Of a DNA stretch of 64,000 bases, positions 35,901-50,900 are shown in pieces (the first letter of the stretch is position 1; every line of letters starts with the position of its first letter). The stretch covers positions 2,049,992 through 2,113,991 of the forward strand of contig NMRA01000012.1 of NCBI GenBank assembly GCA_002633005.1, in the 5' to 3' direction. The notes beneath the pieces are model-generated. The model saw only the letters and a program-made list of their open reading frames with translations, did not search any database and was not told the DNA's origin. The position numbers were made by a program, and so were the translations under genes. Origin of the DNA: Phoronis australis (lineage: Eukaryota > Animalia > Phoronida).

Positions 35901-38900
35901 GAGTTTGTGACGCACATATTTTTTATTCAATCATCAATGATATTTCACTCGCTAAATATATTTATGGACCCATCGATCTACACCTCCCTTTTCTTCAATT
36001 CGGATTTCAGACTAGTCCACTAATTCCTATGCACAGGGTCACATGACGCTTATTCCCAGACTCCCAGCCTTCTTATTGGTCTATGTCTTATGAATTTGAT
36101 TAGCTCCTGGCTCTCACAAGCTGATGATTATCACATGTCTATAGGAAACTAACATGTTTCAGTTCAATTTCCTTTTGTCAACTACACAGACATACATATC
36201 CAAATACTCTTGTTCAATTTTACCTACTCACTTTCTCTCCTCATTTTTGGCACCTTCTTGTGCCTGTGTTGCACTTTTTGTTGCCCATCTTACCAGAGAT
36301 CATTATTTTTTGCATTTTATTTATTTTATTTTCACCCCTATCTTTGTGGGTGTAATCTGTCATAGTAAATGACCATGATTTTGCCAACCTCGGTCCTTTT
36401 CATCTGTGATAACGAGTTTATGGCGCATATATTTTTCATCGCATGTTGTAGAATCTTTCTGTAAAACGCGCTATCCATGTGGAGCAACATTGTGAATTTG
36501 TGGTCTCTTTGTTCCAGGCTTTTGGCGCCAAATATCGGTTCCATTACCCTCTGAGAAATGATTTAAAATCGTGAAATTTGCTTCAAAATTATCTTCCAGT
36601 GATCAAAAAAATGCCCTCAAGTTTTGAATCACTTTTAACTCACGCAAACCCTTGAATTGGTGGCAATTGGCGGGGGGGGGGGGGNGTTTCCCTTGCCTTA
36701 TTCTCATCTGAAAAGGCACAGACTCCTTTCCCTTCAAGTGAACTAACAGTTTGTTGCTGCCCAAGACCAAGCTTGACGATTAAAATGATCGTGCCAGCAT
36801 GGCAAGTCAATGTTTTTAGCCTTGTCTCAAGCAGCAATGAAGTAACAAACCCTTCGAAGTTTCAAGTGCAGAAGTCACAACGAATTTGAGTTGGAAACTA
36901 GTCGAGAACAATTTTGTATGATATAGGTGGTCTAAACAAATGGAGATTTTTTCACACAAGCCAGGTTTCATCATCCCTTCTCAGCTTTATTAGTCAAAAC
37001 GCATACCAAAATGTTTAATTAATACATCAACAACTGATTAACCTCAATTACACACTGTGGGCAACCGTATAAATGTGTGGGTGGCCGTTTTCTATAAATT
37101 TTTTGAACTGTGAGTTCTATTTACTCTGTTAAAACGCAGTGTCTGATCATTTTGTGTCTGCTAGGTGTGTCTTGATATCTGTGAAACGTAATGATGAATG
37201 CCCAAATTGCCCATATCCTCACTCACAATCCATTCAATTCCTGCTTGAATTTTGTTGTCCAAAATTTTTGAGACTGTCCCAAACCAGACAATTTTTACCA
37301 TTCCGCCGTTCAGCGCAGATGGAACGTTGAGCATGTAACATAACCTGAAGAAAATGTGCTGCCCAATTACCTTGACAGTTACCATACCAGTCATGTGTAC
37401 TGTTATTATTATACTCAAGTCATGTACAAAATGTTCAAACCTGTCCTCCGGTAGTTGTCTCCATTACACAATATTGCAGCACATTTTCCACTGCTGTCTA
37501 TTCTGCTCTGTTGTGTCAGATAAGATTTCTTCAATCTCAACAGCATAATTCCTTGAAGGGTTGCTAATGTAACTTTTAACCCCCAACTGATCACGGCATT
37601 TTCTGCCTTTGTCGCCACCTGTCTGGTGGATACGCTGCACTTCAGTCTGTTCAAGTTCCGGGCGGTCTATCGTACTTATCTTTCGTCCATGGAAAAGGCT
37701 TTGGGTTGAAAAGTTCCTCCTTCCAGTCTCCTCGTTCCATGCTTGTCCTACTTTTGGTTTTGATTCTTTCTCCAGTTTTTCGCTTGTTGACAGCTCCGTT
37801 TCGCTTGCCTTACTGAGGTTTCTAGCGAAATTTGTGAGACTGTCGTTGCGATTCAGCGGCGACGTTGAGTTCTCTAGGTCAATTAAGCCATCTGTATATT
37901 CGAAGTTTGGTGCAACCACTTGTGAAATACTTTTGGATTTTTTGCACTCCATAGTATTCAGTTCCTGATACTGTGAGCTTTTATGGAATGTTACAGATTT
38001 CCACTGTCACTTTGTATACACTCAGTATCTTGTGGGAGAAGCTTATGGGATTCCCATCTAAACTCTGCTGTGGTCTGCTTAAAGATGATTGCCTGTTGCT
38101 GACAAAATCTTCTGATTAATGAGTGATAGTTTCCAAACTGCCCTTGTTGTCATGGGAACGTTCATGTAAAATGGTTTCTCTTGTTTCAAAGGTTCATAAT
38201 TGCTTGCTATAAATAAATGGATACTTGCGTAAAACAGGACTAACGATATCTGACTTCTCTACTGACTATCCTCGGCTTTCATAGGGACAATCCTCATGGG
38301 AAGTGCTTCTTTGTGTAAATGATACATACAACAAATAGATGAAAGCATATTTTGCTTTGATCCATTTATTTTAGTATGATTTTAATTTTGATTTCTTCAG
38401 ATTTGTTTGCATAGTATTAAGAGCTGCTCTATTGAAGTCCACCTTCTGGTTCTGTATAAATTTTGCTTACCAGTACGGTAATTTTCTACTTCTTTCACAC
38501 AAAAACAATTGTCAAAACTGTCGTTTCCATTTTTCAAATAAGCAAATTACTTTGCTAAAAATAACAGTAGCTTTACTAAATCTGCAAGCCATGCTAGCAA
38601 TAGACAAAATTTTTCTTAATCTTTGTTTTTGTGGAAAAATTTAACAGAACAGAATTTCACTTGTTAGCCATGTTGTGTGCTGAATAAGTATCGTTTTATA
38701 AAAGTGGTGTGTACACTTTTTAAGATTAGATCAGTGACATCTGTCAGTGAACTTTTTAAATCTGAACATGAGACAAGTTGATATCAACTTTATGGCAGCT
38801 GTCTAAATAAAAATGTCAGTGTGGTTACATGTTCATATAATCTTTAACTACCTGCTTCGTGTTTGCTGATAGAGAGCAAAAAATAACATGATAATCTCTT

Positions 38901-41900
38901 CAGTTTTGCTGGTACAGCATTGTTAAAACTGTGATTTTCTATTTTTCTAACATTGTTTACTTTTTTCTCAACTTCTGTTTTGCTTAATAAGTTTGAAACA
39001 AATAGTCCAAATGTCCGCCATCTTGAGTGCTAAATTGAAGACTGTTCACTGCATTGCCTGACATGGGTTTGGATTCTCTTAAAGGCCTTTCCCACTTCTT
39101 CTAAAGCTTCGGCGTTGCCGAGAACACTTAACTTCAGTCTTGAATCGAAGTTAATAGCACAAGTTAACTCCGAAGTAAAGAAGTGGATTAACAGCGAAGC
39201 ATCGATACAATGAGAACACTTTAACTTCGATGCCATATTGGAGTTATTGGCAGGGGTCACTGCCTGTGTTTGCCAACAGTGGGCAATGACTGGTTAAGTT
39301 TTATTAATATTTTGTTCTAATAACTATTATTTTGGGGTATCAGCATTCTGTTTCAGTTTGTCCAAGTATTTGTACTAAAAAAATCACTGAACGTGTAGTG
39401 TACGCAAAACACCTTTGCTTGGATCAGCTGTTAGCCTGCTCAAGAGTCAAAATTTTTTGATGCATCATTTTCTAGTACTTTGTCATCGTCCCAACGTGGC
39501 AACTATTGGCTGCCTTGTGAAGTTGACGTTCTAGTTTCTATTTGGGAAGAGGGAGAGGTCCTTGCCATCATAAACAGCAAAGCCATATGATCGAATGTCA
39601 TATTAGTGCCGCCTGCCTTGCGATAACATCGCTGAACTATAACTCGGAAGCTTATTCTCTGCGGTTGACCACTAACATTGAAGCTTCGATAGTAGCAGAG
39701 AAACTGGTAACTGTATGGGAAAGGACCTTTGGGCTACATATCCCATAGAGCAGAAGTAACAATACCTGCAGTTATACAAACACACCTGCAGAGCAAAGGT
39801 AAGACATTGGGTGCGCAAACTGTCGGTGGAGGCGTGGAAAAAGCTGTCCGTCTGAGACACAAACCAAACAAATATTTCAAAGTCCTACTGAACCAAAAGG
39901 TTCAAAGAAACTGTTATGTTTAGATGGCTCTCTATCATGCAGCTAATTCATGTTATTACTGGACACTGCAACTTAGCTCGGCACCGTTACATCACAGGCC
40001 ACACGGCATGTTCATTGTGTCCCAACTGTGGCTTGGAGACCTAGTGCTCAACATCTGGTAGAGATTTGCCCTGCCTACCATAGATGGTAATCTACCCCTT
40101 GATGGACACATAAGCTGCCTGGTTGACCTTGTTAGGTTTAATCTGATTCAAACTGGCAGATTCGAAGGTTTCACCCATGAGGAAACCGATGATGTCGGGT
40201 CCCCGTGAGTCATAATCAGGTGATTAGTGTAATGGCCTGGCTTGCGACCTAAACACGTTTGATGTACCGCAAAAGGCATCAGGTCACATGTACTCTTTTC
40301 TTACAAACAGACACAGACACAGTAATCATGGTTTATTACAAGTCGATCAAATGAGAGTATTTATGATTGACATATGTCCTGAATAATAGTTAAATGATAC
40401 GTGCGTGGCAAGCTCGTTATCAGAGATGAAAAGGAGACCGAGGTTGGCGATATAAGGTAATTTATTATGACTAATACAATTACAATGTAATGAATACAGA
40501 TAAGTAACATAAAACTGGTAATCTCTGGTAAGATGGGCAGTAAAAAAACGACACAAGAGATTTGTAAGACAGTTTGTGTATCATCGCAGGCATCCAGAAA
40601 ATACAGTAAATTAAGTCTGGATGCAGATGGTATCCTACTTTTCAAAATTCTTAAGTTATTTGATATAGTTGCTCTTGTTCATGCACTCAGTCCTTGAGAT
40701 TACTTAATTTTGATTTGCTTAATACACAAGTCTCGTAGTCAGGTTGGATTAGCTTTGTGCAAATTTTACTGATCTCTAACAGCATTGAAGCCTGTTTACG
40801 GATGGTGGTAAGTCAGGCCTAATTCCCACACTGTTCATTAATGAGGCTCGTTAAGGCAGTCATTGAGTCTGAATATGAAAAATGATCAACATTTTCCCTA
40901 ATTATAACAGATGCAGCATTGCATTTGGAATAACATGCCTACGTCACATTTTCTGTTATGATCGCACTTCCAATCTTTGATAAAACAGGCCTCTGATTTC
41001 GCTTGTTGTTTATTTGTTATCCAGGTGGAGAGTAATGACTCTGAAGCTATGTCCATTGGCTGTGGCCCTGAGGATGTAGGAGACTTGTCACTTCTGAACC
41101 CTGTCAACTCCACCACAGGTATGGCAACTGTACACTTGAATTCATCGTCAAGTGTAGCAACCAGTATGACAACGAATACGATTTTTGTAATTTTTGCATC
41201 ACTGCAGAATACAGCTACTGTAAAACAAAACGTGGAGAGACACTCTTTCCTTTATTTTCACCAGTGCAGAACACATATAAAGAATGCCATCAGTTGTGAG
41301 GTATCACTAACGTAGGAACATGTCGTTAATTACAATCCTGTATGTATTTGGGTTTCATAAAAGTGAACTTCAGCGGGGTTCGAATGTGGCAGCCCTTTTG
41401 TTGAAATACCAGGCCAGAAATTTGGCAGTTATTTTGAAAATTCCATGTTCAGTTCTGGCTATTATGAAAACATTAGATTACGAGTTGAAAGAGCATCGTT
41501 TGGGAATAAGTTTAGACTACGGTAGATTGGTTTGTGGTCAAATTCCTTTTAGAAGTTGTCTCTGAAGTATTTTTTGTATTTCAAAACAGATAGAAAGTTG
41601 CTTTGGCAATTATTTGTGTGCAAAATTGAAGAGAGATTGCCATAAATGAGGTGATTCATGGCTTCAAATAAGAGAGCTGTATGAATTATTGCTTATAAGG
41701 GCAAGAATATAAATCTTAGTCTCAGATTGCCCTTTAGTTTGTGCTCAATTCAAACCCTGTTTAAACACTTACAGTACTGCGCTGCCTCAAGACGCGCTAT
41801 GATCAGGACTTGTTTTACACCAGAGCTGGCCTGACGTTGGTGGCCATGAACCCATTCAAACCAGTGCCGTCTCTGTATAACAACAGCGCCGTGGTCCAGT

Positions 41901-44900
41901 ACAGCCAATCAAATGTACAGGTGAGTGTCATGGGGCCCTTTCAAGACAGTATACTTTACTGTAGCAAGTAATATCGGATTTTGGTGTAGTGTTAATTTTT
42001 CCACTCGTGCATCCTGTGTATGTGAACACTTTCTTTATTTATCTACAATATTTGAAATACGAAATATATGCTTTAAAAAATGTTTGCTCAGCTATTTTGC
42101 ATATACCCGGTAAGCGCATGTGGCAAAGTTTCTCTTGGATGCATAGGTATTTTCCGTTGATTTTGTAAGTGTCTTACAGACGATTTTTTTGTATTTTATG
42201 CATTCTTATTTTTTTCCAGTGAAATACAGTTTAACTGAAGTTTAAATCAGCTACAAATAACAAATATTTTGACCTTCACGCATTGTTTCGCGCTTAGGAG
42301 CATCGGACTAAATTTATATGTTAGCACAACTTCACAGACAGGCATTGCTTTAAATGGAAATACCCGCAGTAGACAAATTGAAGTCATTTGTTTAGAACCT
42401 TTGTTAGTCCCTTCAAACACAGACTTAGAGTAGTGATGTCTCGTTACTCAGTAATGAGCAGATTATGTCTACTAATCATGGGAAATATTATGAACAAGTG
42501 AATGAGACATGTTGTCCAGCCGCTCACGTGAGACAGAGCGAATTTAAATGGGTGCAAGTATGCAACTTCTGTAACGTTTAGTACGGATGTAAACCTTGAT
42601 GTTTGAGATGAGACTGAGAGGTAGAGCTTATGTGTCAGTCAGTGCTCTGATGGGACCAAGTAACTCAATACTTACCAGAGTTGTGTTATTGTTTAATCTT
42701 GTATCTGAAGCTCAGTGGCATGTCAACCATTGATGATGTTTGATTCTCACCAGCCTCCATGATTTCTTCCAGGCATTGCCACCTCACATTTATACTGTGG
42801 CTGAACAGGCTTACACACGACTAAAGCAGAACAGTTGGCAACCAAACCAGAGCATTGTGGTCAGTGGGGAGAGTGGAGCTGGCAAAGTATGTGTGCAACA
42901 GAATGCAATCGCCACCATGTTTATCACAATAAACACTTCTCTATAGTATTTGCCTTACTGTTCTACTGTGGGGTCCAGTGAACCCAAAAACCAAAATGTT
43001 TGGGGTACGTTTCAATTTCTCTGGGTACATGTAGAGAGTCTAGAAATCATTACACTAGCATTCAGTATTGATGGAAAATTGATCAAGAAATGAAACATTT
43101 GATTTTGTTTTTATTTGTTACATGCAATTGATCAAAATTGGGTCCAAGTTTACTTGGCAAGCTCAGCATGCATCTTCTGTTGCTCAGTTGCATCAAACGA
43201 TGCAAAAACACTGCCTTGGGAAAAGTCTGCTGCTTTAACATGAAGCTGCCTCCTTCTCTTTCTCCTGTCGGTGAACACCAGTGAAATATCTTGCCAACTA
43301 TATTACAGCCTCAGTTTTGAGACTATTTGTCGTGCTGTTTCTTTGACAGTTATAAACTTTGTCTATTAAAGGTACATTTTGCCACTTTTTAGTTGCCAGC
43401 GTTGAATTATTAATCAAAGCGTATTACCACATTCATACGATCTTAAATTCTTACTGAATGAGCCGGAGACACAGGCAATGCGTACATGCGCCATTTTCGA
43501 ATTTGCAATTTTAAGTCTGAAGTATTTTCTTGAGATGCCTATGGTTTCAGTATTCTTGTTGGTGACTAAAATGAAGTCCTGTCATTTATGAGACCATTTT
43601 TATAAGCTTTAGTGGCTTAATTCATTTTTCATTTTTGGCTTCTTAATGCCGAAAAAATGCATTTTTAACTGTGATGTTTATCTGGCGTTCCAGACAGTGA
43701 CTGCTAAACATTTGATGAGGTATCTGACAGCTGTATCAAACACCAGTGAAGAAGCTGTTGTGGCTAGTTCACGCATCGAACAACGTATTCTTGACTCTAA
43801 CCCTATACTGGAGGCATTTGGTGAGTGGTTCACTTGCTTTTTGTGGGGAAACGTAGCAAGCAGAGAGTACTCAAAACACTGAAGAATGGTTGAGCACCTG
43901 TGGTTAAAAAGCAGTATTTTGTAATTTATTGACTTGATGATAAGCAAGTCCCTGACTTGGTGTAGTTTATTCACATTTTTATCCTAGGTAAAACTGCTAT
44001 AACAACACCTTCTATCAAAAATAGGTCCATTAAGTTACTTGTCACATCAGGATAGTTTAAGTGGCCAAGGCAGTGTGGCTCTCCAATTCCAAGCAATGAT
44101 TGATGGTAAGCAATGGCAATTGAAATTTAATGATAAGAATGCAGTGCCTCTGCATATATACCAGTGAAGAAAATTGATGTTTTTAACACCCAGAGAATGG
44201 ATCTCTGGTGCTGGTCTGTGACAAAACTTGCATGCCTGAAATTCTGTGACATTTAATGACATTTTGAGGCTTCTGTGAATTCGATAATGTAAGTAGGCTT
44301 TTAGTGTTTTGTTGGGTTTATGTTTATTATATGCTACATCAATTGGTCATTCCTTTTTCACAAACAGTGAAGTTATGGGATTCTGAGAAATATTGTGTCT
44401 CGCATATGTGACAAAAGCAAAGTTTGTGTGACTTATACATGCAAAAAGCACCAAAAGAGCTGTGACAATTGAGACTTCCCTGTGACATTTTGAAAATTTT
44501 GAGATGTGACAAATTGTGACTTGTCAATGAATATGAACCAATTCTCTGACCATCATAACATGGTGTATAGTGGCTGTTGGTAGCTGTAGACCCGGCTTTA
44601 TCTGCCAAAGCAACTATAAGCTTTGATTCAGAGTACCTCTTAATCTTAATAAAATTGGTCTGAAATTGTGATTTTTGGTCTCGGAAAGAATTTAAATATT
44701 TCATTATTGCTCAAGACTAAGCTGAATTAGTTAGCTTGACCCAGGTTAGAGTGTCTGTGTTCTTGTGACTAAGGTGTTTGTAATACATATGCTTGATATG
44801 GTTTTTCAGGTAATGCAAAAACACTAAGGAATCACAACAGTTCACGGTTTGGCAAGTACATCCAACTTCAGTTTCAACGGTGAGTCTACATTTAGTGGCA

Positions 44901-47900
44901 TTTTCCTGCAATAAGTTATATTCTTTCACAGAGACAACTACAGTAAACATCCTTTGAAGTGAAGCACCATTAGAAATTTGTGACTTACGTAGACTGGAGA
45001 TTTGGTACTGGGTCTCCCAGTTGCTAATTAAAAGTAAAAATATATGATTGTAGTGCATGAAGTGGACAAATAGAGCGGTGTGAATTTGGCCGCATTCTTG
45101 GTTACAGTAATTCAGAATGATAAACCCTTGTCTTCAAATGCCCATTTTACTTAAGTGTGGCAAAACTTGAAGCCACATTGTAGGCTTGTTGCTGATTGTA
45201 CATTAATAGTCTCAACCGCTCAACCGGTTAGTGATGAAATTCTGTGGTGCATTCAGTAAATGTAAGACAGTCTCCCCAAGACATTGTGTTGAAAAAATTT
45301 TTTTGATGGAATGGAAACCACAATTGTAATTCAACACTCAGCATTGCTAACCAATCACTTCTGTGGCTGCCATTTTGTTAGTTTACGCTAGTATGGTTAA
45401 AACCTTATTCCGATACACCCGTCTTTCACTCACTTGTTTATGCATGGTCTTGCATAATCTCGCCTTTCTCCCAAAAATATACTCTACAAATGCAACGATG
45501 TTATCTGACAAATCACTTTCCACGGCTAGGGCCTTGTTTATGGTTAGGCAGGAGAGCCAAGCACTCGTGAGAGACCTGTATTTGATACATTAGTGACAAA
45601 ACTTGGAATCACACGGTTGGCCATTGCTGAAATGAGATATATGTTGCTCGGCAAGTTTCATCCAAGATTTCAAAAAATAGGGCGTTCAAAATGGGTTTCC
45701 CAAATTGTCAGAGCGTCTATGACCAATAACGCGTGACAGTGTTTTATGATCTCAAGTCAAATTTTTGCTATAGTGTGGTATGTGCTGTGAAAACATGGTC
45801 CTGCACTAAATTTTTTTGTAAGAAGATCTAGTTTGAGTCTAATACTGGAATAATTTTTTTGTATCTTGCATTATTTCGAAACCAATTTTTTTATTCTGGA
45901 CCGGCCAATAAGCTCCCAGAACTGCTGTTAACTTAAGGTACTCTACTTGGGTTGTCCAAATGCTGAACAGGGTTCCTAAATAGGGTGCCCAAATTTTAGT
46001 CAGGGTGTCCCTCAAATACGTTTTAACAAAGGTAACCCCTAAGCTCTGCTTTCCATGAAGACACTGGATACACTCAATCTTTATTCGCTCCCATTTATGC
46101 ACTGTACAAAGGGAGGTGAAAGACGGGAAATTAGTCTGTGTTGTGCACTAGTCAAAACTTGGTCTTAGTCCATTCATATTGTTTGTCGAACAGTAATGGT
46201 CAAGTGTTGGGTGGACATATCAAGACGTACCTGCTGGAGAAAACCAGGGTGGTCCACCAGTCAGAGGGCGAATGTAATTTCCACATCTTCTACCAGGTAA
46301 CTGTGTCAACAGTCTTCATCCGTTGCTGTGCCCTGTGTTGTATATGATTTTCAAAACAATAACATTTTAGTGAGCAAAGGTAAAATTCACCGATTAGGAA
46401 GCAGATTGGTTGACAAGTCAAGTTTTTCACCCTCACTCTAAGTCTCTTGGGAAAGCAATGAAAATCTTTTTTGTGACCAAACTACGTTTCAGACAAAATG
46501 AAGTAATTCTCACTTTGTTGACTGAAGTTGTCTTAGTATCTTGTTGATTACACTGCATTTATTTACTGTCACCTTCTAAAACAAGATTTAGAAATGGTGA
46601 CTCTTCACAAAGGTGCGTTAGCTGAGAATTTGCTATACAGGTAACTGGCGTATCTAGGATTGGGTAGGGGGTTGGCGACCATAATTTTCAAAGTCAAAAT
46701 GTACCTGTTGGGGTAACCCTGAAAATAGCATGCTGGTAACTTTTGTTTGTTTGTTTGTTTGTTTGTTTGTTTGTTTGTTTGTTTGTTTGTTTGTTTGTTT
46801 GTTTGTCTGAATATGGAGTTGCTCAAGTATGTTGCAGTTTACATTGATGAGTTTCCACAAGTTTGCCCTCAATGACCCCTAAATTCGAGCTAGGAAGTAG
46901 GTATTTTGAGTTTAGGTTTGAACTGAGTATTGGGATCGTATAGTGCGAACTATGAATAGGCATTCATTTACGTTAATGGTGATTTACTCGTGCACAAAAT
47001 CATAACTTGAGTTTTTTCAGATATCAAAAATAATTTAGTGATAATAATAACAGCTCCTAGTTCAAGTTTAGAGATTATACCCTGGGGCTAGGTGTCAATA
47101 CAGTATGTCCTTCCTGTCAGTTTCTAGCCAGCCTGGATGGGCATCACCAGATGAGCTACAGGATGGCATCGATGTGCGGTCGAGATCTAGGTACGTACCA
47201 CTGCTCATTAGTCACCACCACCAGTGTAACACCACCAACACCGCTACCACTTCAAACACCATCAACACCAAAGCAAACACCACCACTATGCCTTTGATTC
47301 ATCTGGCTCTCAAGTGTACAATAGTTGAATAGAACGTGCCCATAGTTTGAGAACCAGTTTGATCCCCATTATTCAGTGGAGAAAACGGATTCTCGTCATG
47401 GGGGCATGATATTTCTGACTATTACGCTCAAGTTAAAATCAAGTTTAGTGAAGTACGATAACCATACTCATCCAGGGCGATTAAATTGAGAGCTCAAAAA
47501 TCAAGACTGAAAGTCAATTTTTTATGAAGTTGGGGCCATTAAATTGAACGGTTGGTTCGAGTAAACACCAAGGAAGTTACATTTACTTTGGAGATTCACA
47601 TGCAATTATCAAATGCAACATAGCAAATAATAAGAAATGATAATAATGCAGGTGGTCCGTTACACGTTGCATCAGACGTGCTCAGGACGCTCAGATGGGG
47701 CCATTGTAACAACCACCTGAAATAACTTTTTTGTTTTTGTTTTATTAACATTTGCGTATAACACAAATTAAGACCGCGCTGACGAGCTAGAGACCTGACT
47801 CAATGGTCTAGCAGTGGGATTAGAACCTACGACTTTATGAACAAGAGGCAGACACTCAACCCTCTAGGCCTCACCGCCTCCTCATGAAACAGTAGGATAG

Positions 47901-50900
47901 TACAGGTATTTCCTGCTCAAACTTTCATTGGTTTTGTCAACTAAACTTCGCTTGGTCGCTGAAGTCATCACACTGGCGCTTTCAAGGTCTCGATCCTATA
48001 CATTTTCTGTGGGCTTTAAGGAGAGCATGGGCAATTAAAAACTTTAGGAAAATTTGTAAATTTACAAGATGGGAGTTATACTGATAACAGCTGTATCTGG
48101 CCGTAAGTTGCACCATTACGTTAATTCGTAGTGCTTGGAGCAATAGGAAATCCATCTCTTCTTTTTCCTCTTTTGCAGTATCAGACCTCAGCGCTTGGCA
48201 CTCAACTCGGGATGCCATGACTGATATTGGTTTGGCGGACAGCCAACAGCGGGAGATATTTCAGCTAATCACAGCTGTATTGTGCATTGGCAACTTGACG
48301 TTCTGTGGCGACGAGGAGTCTTCCTGTTATATAGACTGTGACAGAGCAGGCAAGTGTGCGGATGGTTTAATTATTAATGGTTGATGATGTTTGAGGTCTG
48401 TTTCGAACATTCTCTAAAGTTGGACACTGAAAGTCAAGCCAAAAATGAATTTTCTTGATTCTGAAGATTGAGATGTGGGTAATGTTAGCGTTCATCGTAT
48501 TTCTCAAACATCGGACAGTGCTTTTTGAATCACCAAAGTCTGAGATAAAATTTTTAAAATTAATTTCCAACATAAAATTTGTTTTTCTTGTGATTCTTGA
48601 ATTTGGGAAGGCCAGTATTGCCTATTTCATAAAAAATTCATTGTCCCACATTGGAGGATTTTTACCATAGATGCCTTGTGTCAATACATGTTGGCAGTAG
48701 CTTCAGAAGGTGTGTCATATGCATCTATACATGTGTAATGGCTAAAGTTTCACGATACATGCCAAAGCAAAATTAACACTCTTCATGCACGCATTAAGTA
48801 AATGCACTTTTAGAAAGCTTTTACTCAACAGTTTCCCTTATAGATGTGGGTGGTGTTTTTTGTTTTTATCAACTCTAAATACGTTTCCAGTAATCACTTA
48901 TTTTTAGTTAAATGCATGCCACCATCTACTGTAATGGATAGCTTCACCTTCACTCAAATAATTAAACTTGCTCTTTTGTTTTGCTCACAATTTTCACATG
49001 CCACTTAAGTTCATGTGTCATCAACTGAATATGCGCACGGCTTCAAATGCAGGCCTAAATATACGTATCCACGGTAACCTGCAATGCATTGACAAAACCT
49101 GTATTTTTCAGTTTTACTTCCCTAAAGGCTGTTTCTCATTTTTGCAAAAAAATATTGTATTGTCTCATTGTTTGCAGTTGTTGCAAAGTGCTTGGAAATG
49201 GCATCAGATATTCTCGGCATTGACTCCTCCGATCTCGAGAAGGCCTTGACATTTCGTCAGATAAGGGCAAGTCACAGCCGACGACAGAGTGTATTCCACA
49301 AGCCGTGCAGCCAAGCTGAATCAGCCAATCGGAGGGACTGTCTAGCCAAGCTGCTCTACTCTACTCTATTTGATTGGCTAGTCGACTTCATCAATGGCTG
49401 TATCATAGCTGAGAATGTGTATGGCTTTGTAGGTTAGTTATCTCACTCCATTACCAGCATTATATACATTGCATAAACCGAACATAGTGCTTTATGACCG
49501 AATGCGAATTCCCAGTATGTTTGTCTCATGTTTAGATTGAAGGTATATGGAGCGCTGTTTTCTTTTTGACATCCAGTTTCAATGCGACTCTCGACTGTTT
49601 TAATTTAGTTTTGTGACGGTCTCAAAAATCAAGCCATAAAACAAGGTCACTTTTAATTGGAGTGCAGCCCGTTGGTGTAACAGTTATTTTTGTTATAATA
49701 AACCGTTTCATGCTTTTTTTATCTCACTTTAAATTTGGCATTTTTACACGGCAAATCAATGCTCAATATAGCTTTGTATTATATTCTCTAGACTCCATTG
49801 CATTTTTTTAACTAATCATTCCGTTTTGACGGTCTTGTATAGTAACAAAGCTAGGCAGGTTTAGATCGATTCTATTGTCATATTCTGCTACTGATAGTCT
49901 GCCCAAATGTAATTAGTATGTCGAGCAGTGTGCATAGCAACAGGGGTAATAAGGAAAGGAGAAATTATGTTTGTTATAAGTGAAACGGCAGTTTGTGAAC
50001 ATTTTTCCCTTTTGAAAGTAAATAATCAAAAGCGTTCGGAAATCGAGGTCGCGTAATTTTCAATTATCTATTTTGCTTCTAACTGAGCAGGACAAACTCG
50101 TCAAAAAATAGGTAATTATGGATCGCTTCTTTTTTGATGCTGTGTTTTGTTGTTGGTTTGCTAGTTTCCAACTTAAGTTTGTACTTCACTAATATTTTTA
50201 TTTCTGCATGTTTAAATTTCCCTACTTACCTGTTATAAAAGATTTGAAAACCTTCATGTGCTTTTGTAGTAATTGTGAAGTTTACTCATTCTCCAAGCTG
50301 GGAATCAAACCTGAAAGGACCATGTGTTAGCTTAAATGTTGAGCTCTTATGCGAGAGAGTCATTGTTACTTATGCAAAGAAGACATTCCCTCAGACTGCA
50401 TTTTTGGGATACCTTATTCAAACTCAGGGTAAAGGTTTAAAAAATCTGAACATCTTTTATATATGTGATCTTTAAAATGTAGTTCAGCAAACCAAACAAA
50501 TGGAGCTTATCGTGTAAAAAATTCAGCTGAAGTGACCTTTGATTTTTGCTTATCTCTTGACTCAGGTCTGTTGGATATTTATGGGTTTGAGAGTTTCACC
50601 ACCAACAGTTTGGAACAGATGTGTATTAACTACGCCAACGAGAGATTGCAGCAACATTTTGTGGCTCACTTCCTTCGAGGGCTACAGGTGAGGGGTATTG
50701 GTTATTGGTATATTTTTTTACTTGTAGTATTGATTTGTGGTATATACCATAAAGCTTCTTATAGTAGCCGGGGCGTCTATTTTTTTGGGCATGCTCCAGA
50801 CCTGCCCTCTATTAGAGACCCAGTGTTTATTTACACATGGTATTGTACAATGGCAAATGAAAAAAATTGCTGTTGCTAATCATCCACTCCATCTTGATAT

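Noticed and set aside
46605-46872. QTNK-repeat proteins
   Set aside because: Translation of the (TTTG)n microsatellite.
47805-47883. Functional tRNA gene (minus strand)
   Set aside because: Degenerate boxes followed by a body and A-rich tail indicate a SINE.
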